From positions 56,794,001 through 56,858,000 of the forward strand of contig NW_024704742.1 in assembly GCF_018977255.1 (NCBI RefSeq): a stretch of DNA of 64,000 nt, in the 5' to 3' direction. Below are positions 14,171 through 25,519 of the stretch, one piece after another. The notes under the pieces are model-generated. The model did not search any database and was not told where the DNA came from. It saw nothing but the letters and a program-made list of their open reading frames with translations. The position numbers were made by a program, and so were the translations under genes. Source of the stretch: Callorhinchus milii. Lineage: Eukaryota. Numbering within the stretch: the stretch's first letter is position 1; each line of letters begins with the position of its first letter.

Positions 14171-15727
14171 GTGGGAATAATAACAAATCATATCCACCTC
14201 TTCTTAGCTGTGTACTTCAAAACCAGAATGCTTCTCATGAGTTAGATTATGGTAGCCGCCATAGCCAGCCTTTGGTGATTATTACACCAAGCCCGAAAAG
14301 AGCTGTCATTTTTAAGAACAGCTGGCAGATGAACCGACAGAACGCAGAAGCTTGGAGTAGCACCGAAGAAGCAACTTCACCTAAGATCAGGTCTCGAAGC
14401 TGCGATGATCTGCTGCAAAATGACTATGTCCAAGAAGCTCAGACAAAGTCTGAGAGTATGGTATCACTGGTTTGTGATGAACAACCCAAAGACGAGTACT
14501 CCAGAGGCTGGCTCTCACCACATGGCCCTGGAAGTACTCCCTGCCACAGACCACGAATTCGCCATAAGTCTGCACACGGTAGCAAAGGGTTCTTGAAATT
14601 GTACAAAAAAATGCACCATATAAACCGCAAAGACTTATTGAATCCAGAAGTGATCTGCTCAGTCAAATCCAGGATTTTACAGTATGAACAGGAGCAGCAC
14701 AAAGACAACTTTCCAGATTGGAAAGAATTGTCCGATGAGGTGCCGAGGGATATGGTACCAACTAGGATCTCTGAATTTGAAAAACTCATTCAGAAGTCAA
14801 AGTCCATGCCTAATCTTGAGGGGATTTTATCCGATAACTGCTTTACAATTCCAAAGAAAGCAGCCTGCCCAAGACGGCGCCTATCTATTGAATCTCTATT
14901 AGACGAGGAAAACCATGGCAGAAAGATCTCTATGCTGCAGCAGCAGTTTTATTCATCAAAATCTATTGTGCCAATTCATATTAAAGTGACCAACGAACAT
15001 CAACAAAGAATGGCATCCCAGTTTGAATATACTGAGGTGGACAGCGATCACGAAGCTGTGGTATCAGACCTCAGTGATTTCATTCAGATTGAAGGTTCTT
15101 CCTTCTGCAGTGAAAGTGACTTTGACCATTTCTCTTTTACATCTTCCGAAAGTTTCTATGGCTCAAGCCATCATCTCCATAACCATAAACATTACCTTAG
15201 TTCCTGCAAAGGGAGGTGTCCAGCTTCCTACACGAGGTTTACAACAATGCTCAAGCACGAAAGGGCGAAACAGGAACAAAAAACAACTTCGAAAAAGCCA
15301 GAACCTGAATCCAACCTTTCAAAGCTAGCATTCCTCGTCAGTCCAGTGCCTTTCAGAAGGAAAAAGGGCTCAAATCCTCAAAAAAAACCCGAAAAGTCAA
15401 AATCTAAATCATCTGTGTTTGAAGCATTGGATTCTGCTTTGAAAGACATCTATGATCACATTAAAGCAGAAAAAAGGCGAGGCAGTTTACCAGATAACAG
15501 CATATTACACAGACTTATAACAGAGCTGCTTCCAGACATCCCTGAAAGGAATTCATCCCTCAAGGTCCTAAGGAAGAAAAGTAGTCCGCAGCCTTCCCAT
15601 CAGCAACCAGAGGACATAAACTTTTCCTTGTACCAGTCTGATTGTGAAAAGTGTCCTTTTAGTGCCTCTTATCAAGATATGGACACCAACAACAACCCAG
15701 AGAATGATTACACTTTGTGCTACCAAG
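14171..15727 (+). CDS. SORBS2: SORBS2 large cassette exon (nArgBP2-type insert, 1557 nt, phase 1-1)
   Basis: Lies within ORF 14158-15804. Peptides [72 protein letters not shown] and [12 protein letters not shown] match SORBS2. Boundaries aaag|GT...CAAG|gtggag. Confidence 0.95.
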
Positions 15728-16177
15728 GTGGAGCAGAATTCCTAATCTACAATGTGTGTCTGAGAGTTGTGCTGATCTACCATTTAATTTTCCATCTATT
15801 TTAGTGCTTAACAGCATGAATTTTAATAAGGCAACATAACATTTCTTTGATGCATGATTATTTCATCTTGTCTTTAAAATTAAGATTTGGTAGATAGTAA
15901 GGTCCAGTTCAGCACAATGAATTTGCTGACTTTTTTTTAAATCCAGGAAAATGTATGCAGCTTGTGAGAGCAGCTTCTTGTCAGCATCATATATATTATG
16001 ATATATATGTTCACTTTTAGATTTTGTCTTAAATATTGTGTCTCCAAAATATCACAACATCTTAAACAGTGGATGCATTTGTCACATTGACCTCTTTTGA
16101 ACACACATTTAAGCAGAAGTACATTAACACATGCTTGAGGTTCATACAATACAGCTGAAGTCTGCAATTCGTACATA

Positions 16178-16375
16178 TCATAGAATCATAGAATTATACA
16201 GCACAGTAGGAGGCCATTTGGCCTGTTGTGTCTCTTTGAAAAGAGCTATCCAAATCAATCCCACTCCCCCTCTCCCCATAGCCCTGCAAACTTGTCCTCC
16301 CCAAATAATTGTTTACATCTCTCTTAAAAGTTGTTATCAAATCTGCTTCCACCACCCTTTCAGGCAATCCATTCA
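16178..16375 (-). mobile_element. CR1 3' end fragment
   Basis: Similar to 8059-8250. Confidence 0.8.
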
Positions 16376-16819
16376 TCCAGCAAGCTTTCCCGCCTCTTAT
16401 CCCAGCTAGGACCACCCTACCCGGCAGGACTTCGACTTGCACGGTTAACAGGAGCTGAGTGAGATGTGAGAGTGAGATGACCCCTAGTGCCTGGTCCTGC
16501 CATTGAGCCAAGAATACTGTGGACCCACCTGACTAGGATCCAGACTACTGAGACTGCCACAGAGGGCTGGCTCTATTCCGACATTCAATTGTCAGGCATG
16601 TCACCTTGAAACCAAGTTCAGCTCCAAGGAGACCCGCTTACCTCCCACTCCCCAGGAGGATAGTCACTAGTTGGTCGTTTGACATCTGATAAGCATGGGT
16701 TTGAGCCCTTACTAGGTGGATGGTGTATAGATTTGTAAACCTGTGAATGAGCCACAGCCCAATTCAGACCAATCACAATTATACTTAGTTATTATACCAA
16801 TATAAGAAATATTAGAATA

Positions 16820-17280
16820 CATGACATTAGAATATACAGCACAAAAACAGGCCATTCGGCCCAACTAGTCTATGCCGGTGCTTATGCTCCATGAGAGTCT
16901 CCTCCTGCCCTTCCTCAACTAAGCCTTCAAGCCTAACCTTCTATTCCTTTCATGTACCTATCTAGCTTTCCCTTAAATACATCTATGCTATTTGCCTCAA
17001 TAACTCCTTGTGGTAACATGTTCCACATTCTCACTACTCTCTGTGTGAAGAAATTTCTTCTAACTTCCCTATTTGATCTATTTGTGACTATTTTATATTG
17101 ATGGCCCTGGCTTTGGTCTCCCCCACAAGTGGAAACAACTTCCCTATGTCTACCCTATCAAAACCTTTCATCATTTTAAAGACCTCTATCAAGTCACCCC
17201 TTACAAGAGAAAAGAGTCCAAGAGAGTTCAAGAGAAAAGAATCCAAGAATATTCAGTCTTTCCTGATAGGTATAAACTTT
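16820..17280 (-). mobile_element. CR1 3' fragment
   Basis: Near-colinear with the CR1 pieces at 52810-53076 and 53911-54100. Confidence 0.8.
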
Positions 17281-18006
17281 CAGTTGGAAATATTTAACTA
17301 GAATCAAGGAAAACATAACTCGCATAAGCTTTGTAGAGCCACAGGTAATAAACTTTATTCTAACCAAATCATTTTCCTTTTGTTGAAAAGGTGTGTTTTA
17401 CTTTGCCATTTCAGTCCACTTAAAATCATTGTTATTTATTTCAACACATTCAAATGTATCATCTGTGTTAAGAAAGTTTGGTGTAGTCTTTTAACAGGTT
17501 ATTTTTTTTCCTGCTTGGCCTTAATATATATGTCACCACATTGTAAAACGCTACTAATAGGAAGTGATACTAATGTGTAGTTTGTAATCCACAAATTACT
17601 TCAAACTCAAGAGGCAGACTTACCTGTCTTCTACTCCTGTGCAAGTTAATCAATTATATCACCCAGCTACTTGGGCCCAGTTTCTGTTGCTATTTTGCAG
17701 CAAATTGCTGTGAGGAAAAGCAGTATAAATCTGTGTTTATATATTGGGATTTATTATACAGTATATCAATTTATCAATAGAGTACTATTGCAGGCACTAC
17801 AGATTGATTTGCGATCCACTTTGAATATAATATTGCTATTAGTCCAGTCTTAACAATTGTACTATTAATCAATAAATAGTACAGTATTAACAATCTTCGT
17901 CCACAAGAATGCAATCGCTTACACTTTCCAGTAAATCAGGTACAGCTCTGGCAAGTCCCACTGTCATGAAAGGCCCTGCAAGTATCAATTGCAAGTATTA
18001 TTATTG

Positions 18007-18330
18007 TGGAGTCCTGTAGCTCAGTGGTTAGAGCACTCGCTTTGCAAGTGAGAGACCTGAGTTAAATTCCAGGGAGGGCGAAACCTTGGGCAAGTTTCCT
18101 TACTCCACACAGAGCCTAATAATAATCCCTCCAAAACCAAAACCAATAATAAATTGGTCATTTTCAATCTACGACTGTTTGTGGGACATTGCTGTGCGCA
18201 ATTGGCTGCCGCGTTCGCCCACAAATATACAGTCAATTCACTTTACAGTGTGTTCTGTGAAGCGCTTTGGGACGTCCTCCTGACGTGAAAAGCGCTATAT
18301 CAAATGCAAGGATTATTATTATTATTATTA
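18007..18330 (+). mobile_element. tRNA-derived SINE with head, core and L2-like tail
   Basis: Head gtagctcagtggttagagca (A box)...gagttaaattcc (B-box-like); core gggacattgctgtgcgcaattggctgccgcgttcgccca; tail (att)n. Confidence 0.88.
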
Positions 18331-20264
18331 CATAGTAAAAAGGATAAGTCATAACCAGATAATTATCAAATTTACTGGGAAATATCACTTTTTTCCACCT
18401 ATTACAAAAGCCTGGCCATGATTATGAATCCCTCCCCCACAGACTAATTTTTTTTGATTAGCCGGGTGTTTGACACATGCAGCTTCAAAGAGGCCCATTA
18501 ACCCCCACCCCACTCCAGGAGGATGTCACATTAGCCATTTAACAACCAACAATTGTGGGTTTGAGCTCTCACTAGGAGGAGTCAGTTGAGGGATATGAGA
18601 GGAAATTAGGATTATTTAATTTCTTTTTATATATTTTGGGATGGGCCAATGGTCTTTAGTTAATCCTGTATATTATATTCCCAGTTCTAAAATGGAAATA
18701 ATCTGCTACTTTAAAAGCTTTCAAAAGGAGCCAATATTAATAAATTTTAATGTTAATGAAACTGCCAACATAACAAGGGAGCCTTTAACAAAAATGACCA
18801 TGTTTGGTATGTTTTCTCTCCCAATTGATTACATCATATCTGCTGTATGTGCTCAGTGATGACCAAGGTACTCATATTACTTTCATATGTCCAGCACCAG
18901 CAGTTTCACGTAGTTAGGCACAAGGCCAAAACAGATCTCAACGGTAAGTGTCGCTTTTAGCTCACCCACAGACCATTCGATGTACTTCTTCCAAATCTTA
19001 TGCTTTCTATGCAGAATTTAGCTCAACTGAATTTTGCAATAAAATACACTTGTTAGAATATTGCATGCTAATGGTTTTGTTACGAAGGTCCATTAACTAA
19101 CTGCAGGGCAATAGATAGAGGGGAGTAAGAAGGCAGTAATTGAATCAAGTTATTCTGGGGGCATGGGTGACTAGCCATTAACTGGTAGAGAATGTGTTAT
19201 TAGTAAGATTCAAAAAGATGGTACAGAATCAGAAGAGGCTGCATAATTTGAGCATAATTTGAGCTCTTGCATCGGTACAATAATACAATCTGTTTAGGCA
19301 GTGCAGGATTGCAGGAAAATGTACAGCTTACTTTATATTCCTGGTCATTAAAACCACATAATTTGGCCCTTTTAAAATCGAAAACATTGTATGCAAATTT
19401 ATTCAATTTCTCATTCTCAGCCTTTGAAGGCTTCACAACACTGTCCCTGGGAGTTAAAATGGAAGGCCACAAGTTGACAAGGATTTAATTTACTTACAAG
19501 TTAAATGTTCCACTCAAACAGTAGCTGATCAAAGGCAGTAACTGCACAGCTGATACCAAATACATGTCCTGGGACAGACAAAAAAAAATTGCAAACTCTT
19601 TATACACACTTGCCCATTATTGCTACAGTTTGAAATGCTCCAAAAGCATCTTCTAAAGGAAAAGTTTGCCAATCTCTCATTCCACAAACTTTGATTTAGC
19701 TGAGCTGCTGCTATGGTAAAATAAGATCCTCAGCTGTCCCCATCAATAATCGCTGTAACTTCATCCTCTCTGTAAGGCAGAATAGCTTACTATCCCCACC
19801 AGCACAATCTCTTTAAGTCTTATTCTAAAGGACACACTCGGCAACATTAATTCAGAATTCATTCATGCAAATGAAGTGCTATCAGTTGAGAAACACTAAG
19901 ATTGGTCTACTGAGTAAAAATGGTAGGCGTGAGTTGGCAGGCATTTATTTTACTTACAAGTGTTCCACTCAAATATTAGGCATTTGGTTACAGATAGAAG
20001 GATTCTTCCAAGTATAGAAGAATTATACACTGAAATCTGTCCTTTCCTTGGGAAATACTAGATTCTTGGTTCTTGATCTGGTGTCAGAATCTTCATAGGG
20101 TGAAAACCATTGCAAGTTTTATTGTACCTAAGTAACAGGTAGCAATATTGAGCACAATAATCATGTAGATTATTTCCATTTGACCAAGTAGCTAAAAAAA
20201 ACTGGTCGATGGCATTTACAACTTTGTATGGGTCTTTTAATTTGTTGTTCTTTATTTCGAATAG

Positions 20265-20365
20265 ATCAGGAATCTCCTAGGTATATTTCTGAGATGGGTC
20301 GATATACACCAAGGAATCAAAGGGAAACGCCAGATGAAATATGTAGGCGCTTGGAACAAAGAGAG
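20265..20365 (+). CDS. SORBS2: SORBS2 coding exon (D)QESPRYISEMGRYTPRNQRETPDEICRRLEQRE (101 nt, phase 1-0)
   Basis: aatag|AT...GAG|gtatga; homologous to DRESPR...MGRS..RERRGTPEKE. Confidence 0.88.
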
Positions 20366-21176
20366 GTATGAGTCTAATAGAGGGCATTCGACACATACAG
20401 TCATTCACTCACTCACATTTGCTCTATGTAAGGGCAAAACTGCATGTACTTAGTCAGAACCCTGGTATCTGATTCAAGACAATACTTTCTCTCACTTTTA
20501 CTTGTTTCACTCGGCCACACATTCTCATTCTCACGCACATTTTTTTACCTGCACTCTTATACGCTTTTACACTTTATCAATTACGCACGCAACTGTGCAA
20601 TTTTAAACTGGATTCTGTAGTAACATATTGAGAGGGAGAAAAAGATTGGGACTTTCAATGCTATGTATTTTTAGTCAAAGCACTGTTTGAAAAGCTGTAC
20701 GTTTTCCCTAAACCATTGGGGAGCCTATTTCCAAGCACCATATTCAGATTTCAAAAGATAGAGACCACAATTCAGCCAAGCTCACACAGTGCCATTGGAG
20801 CCCCATTGGAGAGCACACAACAACAACTTGCATTTATATAGCACCCCTCATGCAGGGTAGCTTCCCAGAGCACAGCATTTCCCTGTAATGTGAGTTGCTA
20901 GTGCCTGAGGAAGAATATTTGAAGTAGCAGATTTAAAGCTGAAATAAATCAATTTCCAAAAATCAACATTAAATAACCACCGACAACAGACTCAGTGACC
21001 ACTATGGGTGCTTTGACTTAACCAGTTGGATCAAGTTTGATGGTGGGGAGGTTAGGGAGGGAATGGGGTGATATTTACTGACTGGCATGAATTTCTATTG
21101 TGATAATTAATACCTGTGACGATTATCCCATTACACGTAACACAATAATTTCTGATGGGGAATTTTGTCTTTTCAG

Positions 21177-21223
21177 AGACAGCCTGCTAAGGCAATATAT
21201 GACTTTAAAGCTCAAACCGCAAA
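21177..21223 (+). CDS. SORBS2: SORBS2 exon, start of SH3-1: RQPAKAIYDFKAQTA(K) (47 nt, phase 0-2)
   Basis: tttcag|AGA...AA|gtaagt. Confidence 0.95.
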
Positions 21224-21354
21224 GTAAGTACTGTTTATTTATTGCTTGTAGTTTATTTACTGTTTATAGTTTATTTGCTGCTTGTAATTTGGTTATTATT
21301 TTTCTAGATGGTAATGTTTTAAGCAGTAGTGACCTGCTGCATGATGGAATACAA

Positions 21355-21600
21355 TACAAAATACAATACAAAATTACATTTGTATAGCGTCTTTCACGTC
21401 GGGAGGACGTCCCAGGCGCTGGACAGTCAGGGAGCTGGAGGTCGGGATAGGGGAGGGTAGGAGGGTGGCTGAAGGCTCGGTCAAAGAGGAGCATTTTGAG
21501 ACGTGCCTTGAAAGGAGGCAAGCGAGGGAGCGAGGCGAAGGGATTGGGGGATGGAGTTCCGTAGGGTGGGGACAGAAAGGCTGAAGGCCCGATCACCGTG
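21355..21600 (-). mobile_element. L2 3' end
   Basis: Reverse complement of the L2 tail (tttcacgtcgggaggacgtccc). Confidence 0.8.
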
Positions 21601-22988
21601 ATACTAAACAAATAGAGCAATCCAAGAGGGTACTTGGAAATTATTTGTAAGTGATACCAAATTGTTGCTTCCTTGCACTAATAAGCACTGATGGCTGATA
21701 GTGGCAAGGAAGCAACAATTTAGTTTTAACAGTTTAATATTGTTGGTCTACATTTAATTTTTCTTCCCCCCCCCACAATGACCACCACCCTCCATTTTCT
21801 ACCAGATGAGGTAGAAATTGGAATAATTATAAACTCCAGCAACCTGACTCCCAGCAGATCGACTTTCAGATGCTCATTCTGACTTTCATGTTCTTGCCCC
21901 ACTCTGCTGTGCAATATTCTCCAGTAACCAATCTCCTGTTCATATCTTCCGCTCCTCCAGCTTAGTTCTGTTGCCCACCGATTGGTACCAATAACTGCTC
22001 AACAACAGGTCAATACAATTCACTCATAAAGTCACTTTCCTGCTCCAGAGAGAGCAATTCAATCACTCCATAGGTGTGAATTTCCAATGTCAAAGCAATG
22101 TCAAAGAATTTCCAACATTCTCCATCCATTTCCATTCTGCTGTGCATAATTCACTGCCGCGTTTCGCCCACAAAATTTATAGTCAATTCACTTTACAGTA
22201 TATTTTCGAAGGCACTATATCAAATGCAAGGATTATTATTATTAGTAGTAGTAGTGCTATTATTATTATTTATAAGGCCAAGCTTTCACCCACTACGTCC
22301 CCACTCACTGCGATCCTCCCAAAATCTAATTACATTGAACCATTACATTTACCGTCAGAACACTCCTTAAAAAAAATTCTTTTTGACCTTGCCATGCCTT
22401 CAAAAACAATTTTGGGTGATTTTACATTTGTTCCAAGAAAGAGTTTATTTTGAGTACTAAAGTGTACTTTTACGATATAACTTTCGACCATGTTGGAATT
22501 TCAAAAAAATCTGTTTGTTCTTGTTTGCAACATCTTTGTTTGGATGTTTCGAAAATTACAGAAGTTAAAATTTGTTATTGATTTCTTCAACAACAAAGAG
22601 CACATTGTACTGCAGCACTTTTATCCCAGTGATTAATATGGCAGAACCTGTAACAATGCAGCTGAGCAGGATTTTCCAGACAGTAACATGCTTTTGCATG
22701 TTTTGTAGCAAAAAAGCCCTTTGACCTCTGTGTCCCATTTCCTGTACAATAACCTGCACCTGTTCACAATCTCCCTGTGCATCCTTTGCCATCCTTGCTA
22801 TACGAAGTCTTCATAGCAATGGAGCAGTTAGAGGTTATTCCAATTTTCTTCAGGGTAATTCAATATGGAGAATCTTCTGAAACACTTTATCACCTATGTG
22901 TTACAGTGTGATTGTGCCTAAAGGCCATAGAAAGCTCATGAGTCATGACCTGTGATAAGAACAATATTTAAAATATGATTGTCCACAG

Positions 22989-23103
22989 GGAATTGCCATT
23001 CAAGAAAGGAGACATTGTCTACATTCTCAGGCAGATAGATCAAAATTGGTTTGAGGGCGAGCACCACGGAGCTGTTGGGATATTCCCCATTTCATATGTT
23101 GAG
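22989..23103 (+). CDS. SORBS2: SORBS2 exon, SH3-1: [38 protein letters not shown] (115 nt, phase 2-0)
   Basis: cacag|G...GAG|gtttgt; SH3 signature. Confidence 0.96.
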
Positions 23104-23230
23104 GTTTGTAACTCTTCGCACCTGCTGTATAACATGGTATTGATTTATTTTACTGCACTCTATGGTGTTGTTATGAAGCTGTACTACTCGTGCTTTGATT
23201 CATGACAGATATGTTTGTGTTTCCTGGCAG

Positions 23231-23359
23231 AAGGTGCCCCCAATGGAAAAGGCACAGCCTGCAAGACCTCCTCCACCAGCAGAAATTCGGGAGTTTGGTG
23301 AAGCTATTGCAAAATATAACTTTACAGCAGATACCAACGTGGAGCTTTCCCTGAGGAAG
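23231..23359 (+). CDS. SORBS2: SORBS2 exon, linker and start of SH3-2: [16 protein letters not shown]...[11 protein letters not shown] (129 nt, phase 0-0)
   Basis: ggcag|AAG...AAG|gtaatt. Confidence 0.96.
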
Positions 23360-24582
23360 GTAATTCTGGCTGCTAGAAATCTTATTTCTGTAAATTGAAT
23401 TTGTTTTAACAATTCTTTCAACTTAGCTTCATACTACTGTCTCCAGTTCTATGTTCATAATACCCCAAAATGTCAAGTTGTTCTCTAAGCTGGTTTATTC
23501 TATCTGTGGAGCTTTTTTTTTAATATGTTCACATGTCCAGTTAAATGCTTTGTAAATTGAGTCCAATTTTCTTGTCTAGGCCCATAGTATGTACCAGTAA
23601 TTACTCTTCAAGAATTAGGCACAAGATAAAACAAAACTTTAAGAGAGCAGAAAATAAGCATAAGTCTCAATTCCTCTTAGAAATAAAGCAGAAATTGGAG
23701 TGACGCTTCAGAGATGTTGGCAAAATATTTGGGTTTCATTTGGTCAGCTACCAGGTGTCTGACACATGCAGACATCATTATGCTTAAAAGAATCCAACCA
23801 AACTGAGACTTCCACATATGTATTCCACCTAATCATGGAAATTTGTGTGTCTGGAATGGAATGCACGCTCTCCCCCTGGAGGAACACATACTGCTTACCT
23901 AATTCCAGAGAGTGGAAGGCGCAGATTGGCAAGAGCCAAGACTTGGAAGCCTAGAGTGTTGGAGTACTGCTGGAGTTTCACCAGCTAAAACTAGCATTGC
24001 TAGCCATTGAGTACATAATCTAGCAAGTTTACCACTGCTGGCCCAGCGAGGACCACCGACCCAGAAGGGCTTAAGCTTGCAGGCTCAACAACAGCTGAGT
24101 GGGAAGCTAGATTGGCTGGTCTGTCATCAGCAATGCCCTGGAGTACTGCGGACTCACCTGGTTTAAAGCATTCAAAAGATGCTACCCTGCATGAAAGGGC
24201 TCTATATAAATACAGGCTGTCATCATTGTTGTTGGTTCATGAACTGGAATTTCGAGACCAGTACTGTCTGCTTGTCCAGGTGGACATTAGAAATATATTG
24301 GCACTATTCAAAGAGAGAAGGGAGTTTCTCCCATTGTCCCACCAACTATCTCCCAATAAAATAGATCATTCACATCATGGCTGTTTATGGGACATTGCTG
24401 TTGCGAAATTCTTTGTCGAATTCACCCACAAAACCCACAGTAATTCCATTTTACAGGATTTCCTGTGAAACATTTTGAGATGTCCTCTCAACATGAAACG
24501 CCTTGTACTAAATGTAAGCTTTATTATTATTCAATCCACTTGTTTCCTCTGGGTATACAATTGAAATATTTGATCTCTTTAG

Positions 24583-24786
24583 GGTGAACGAATCAAACTT
24601 GTCAGGCGGGTAGATCAAAACTGGTATGAAGGAAGGATCCCTGGAACAAACCGGCAAGGTATCTTTCCGATAACCTATGTAGATGTACTCAAGAAACCTC
24701 AGCTTAAGAGTGCTGCAGAGTTCTCCGGTCCTCCTCTGCCTCATAGCTATTCCAGCGATAGGATCCATACATTGGGATCCACAAAG
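24583..24786 (+). CDS. SORBS2: SORBS2 exon, SH3-2: [35 protein letters not shown]...[15 protein letters not shown] (204 nt, phase 0-0)
   Basis: ctttag|GGT...AAG|gtaggc. Confidence 0.96.
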
Positions 24787-25266
24787 GTAGGCAACTAATT
24801 TGTTTTTGAACAATTTACTGTGGCATTTATATCTATGGATTAATATAATACAGTTATATTAGTGGGAAACCATCAGATTTTATTTTGCCCCCTGCTGTTT
24901 TGTTTACTTTTCAGTCTTCTGGAGATGGTTTTGCCAGAGATAAGAAAACCTTGAAGTGAACCTTTAACAAGTGACATTTTTGAATACTTTTATTGAAAAA
25001 CGATCGTTGCTGTAATTATACATATTGATAAGAATTTTTTTTAAATTATGCTTATCGACAAGAAAAAACAATGGTAGTTTGTCATATACAATATGCACTG
25101 AAATATAAGAATGTACAGGACCAGAAAAAAACATTGTCATCCACCCACCCCACATATAATGTCAAACTAGGACTCTGGGTGGTTGTTTGAGAATATTAGA
25201 GCTTAAAGTGATGTTTTCTGATATAACTATTTAAAGTAAGAATTAAACCAACACACTTAATGAGAA

Positions 25267-25519
25267 AAAAAACAATACTGCAGATGTTGGAAATCTGAAA
25301 ACAAAAACAGAAATCGCTGGGAACACTCAGCAGGTCAGGGAGCATCTATGGAGAAAGGAAAGTGAGTCAACGTTTCAGGTCCACGACCCTTTGTGTTTCT
25401 CCCAACATGCCCCAGTTCTGACGAAGGGTCGTGGACCCGAAACGTTGACTGACTTTCCTTTCTCCATAGATGCTGCCTGACCTGATGAGTGTTCCCAGCG
25501 ACTTCTGTTTTTGTTTTCA
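25267..25519. mobile_element. Penelope-like element remnant: inverted repeat arms 25296-25391 and ~25424-25519
   Basis: ~95-bp arms that are reverse complements with few mismatches; flanked by direct repeat cacttaatgagaa/cactcaatgagaa; carries a hammerhead motif. Confidence 0.75.
25413..25451 (+). ncRNA. Minimal type-I hammerhead ribozyme motif
   Basis: CAGTT-CTGACGA-A-GGGTC-GTG-GACCC-GAAA-CG-TT-GACTG: stem I CAGUU/GACUG, CUGANGA box, stem II GGGUC/GACCC, GAAA box, palindromic ACGU in place of stem III. Confidence 0.7.

Noticed and set aside
18010..18082. tRNA gene (Ala-like TGC loop)
   Set aside because: Acceptor and T stems do not close, and the sequence continues into a SINE body and tail; it is a SINE head
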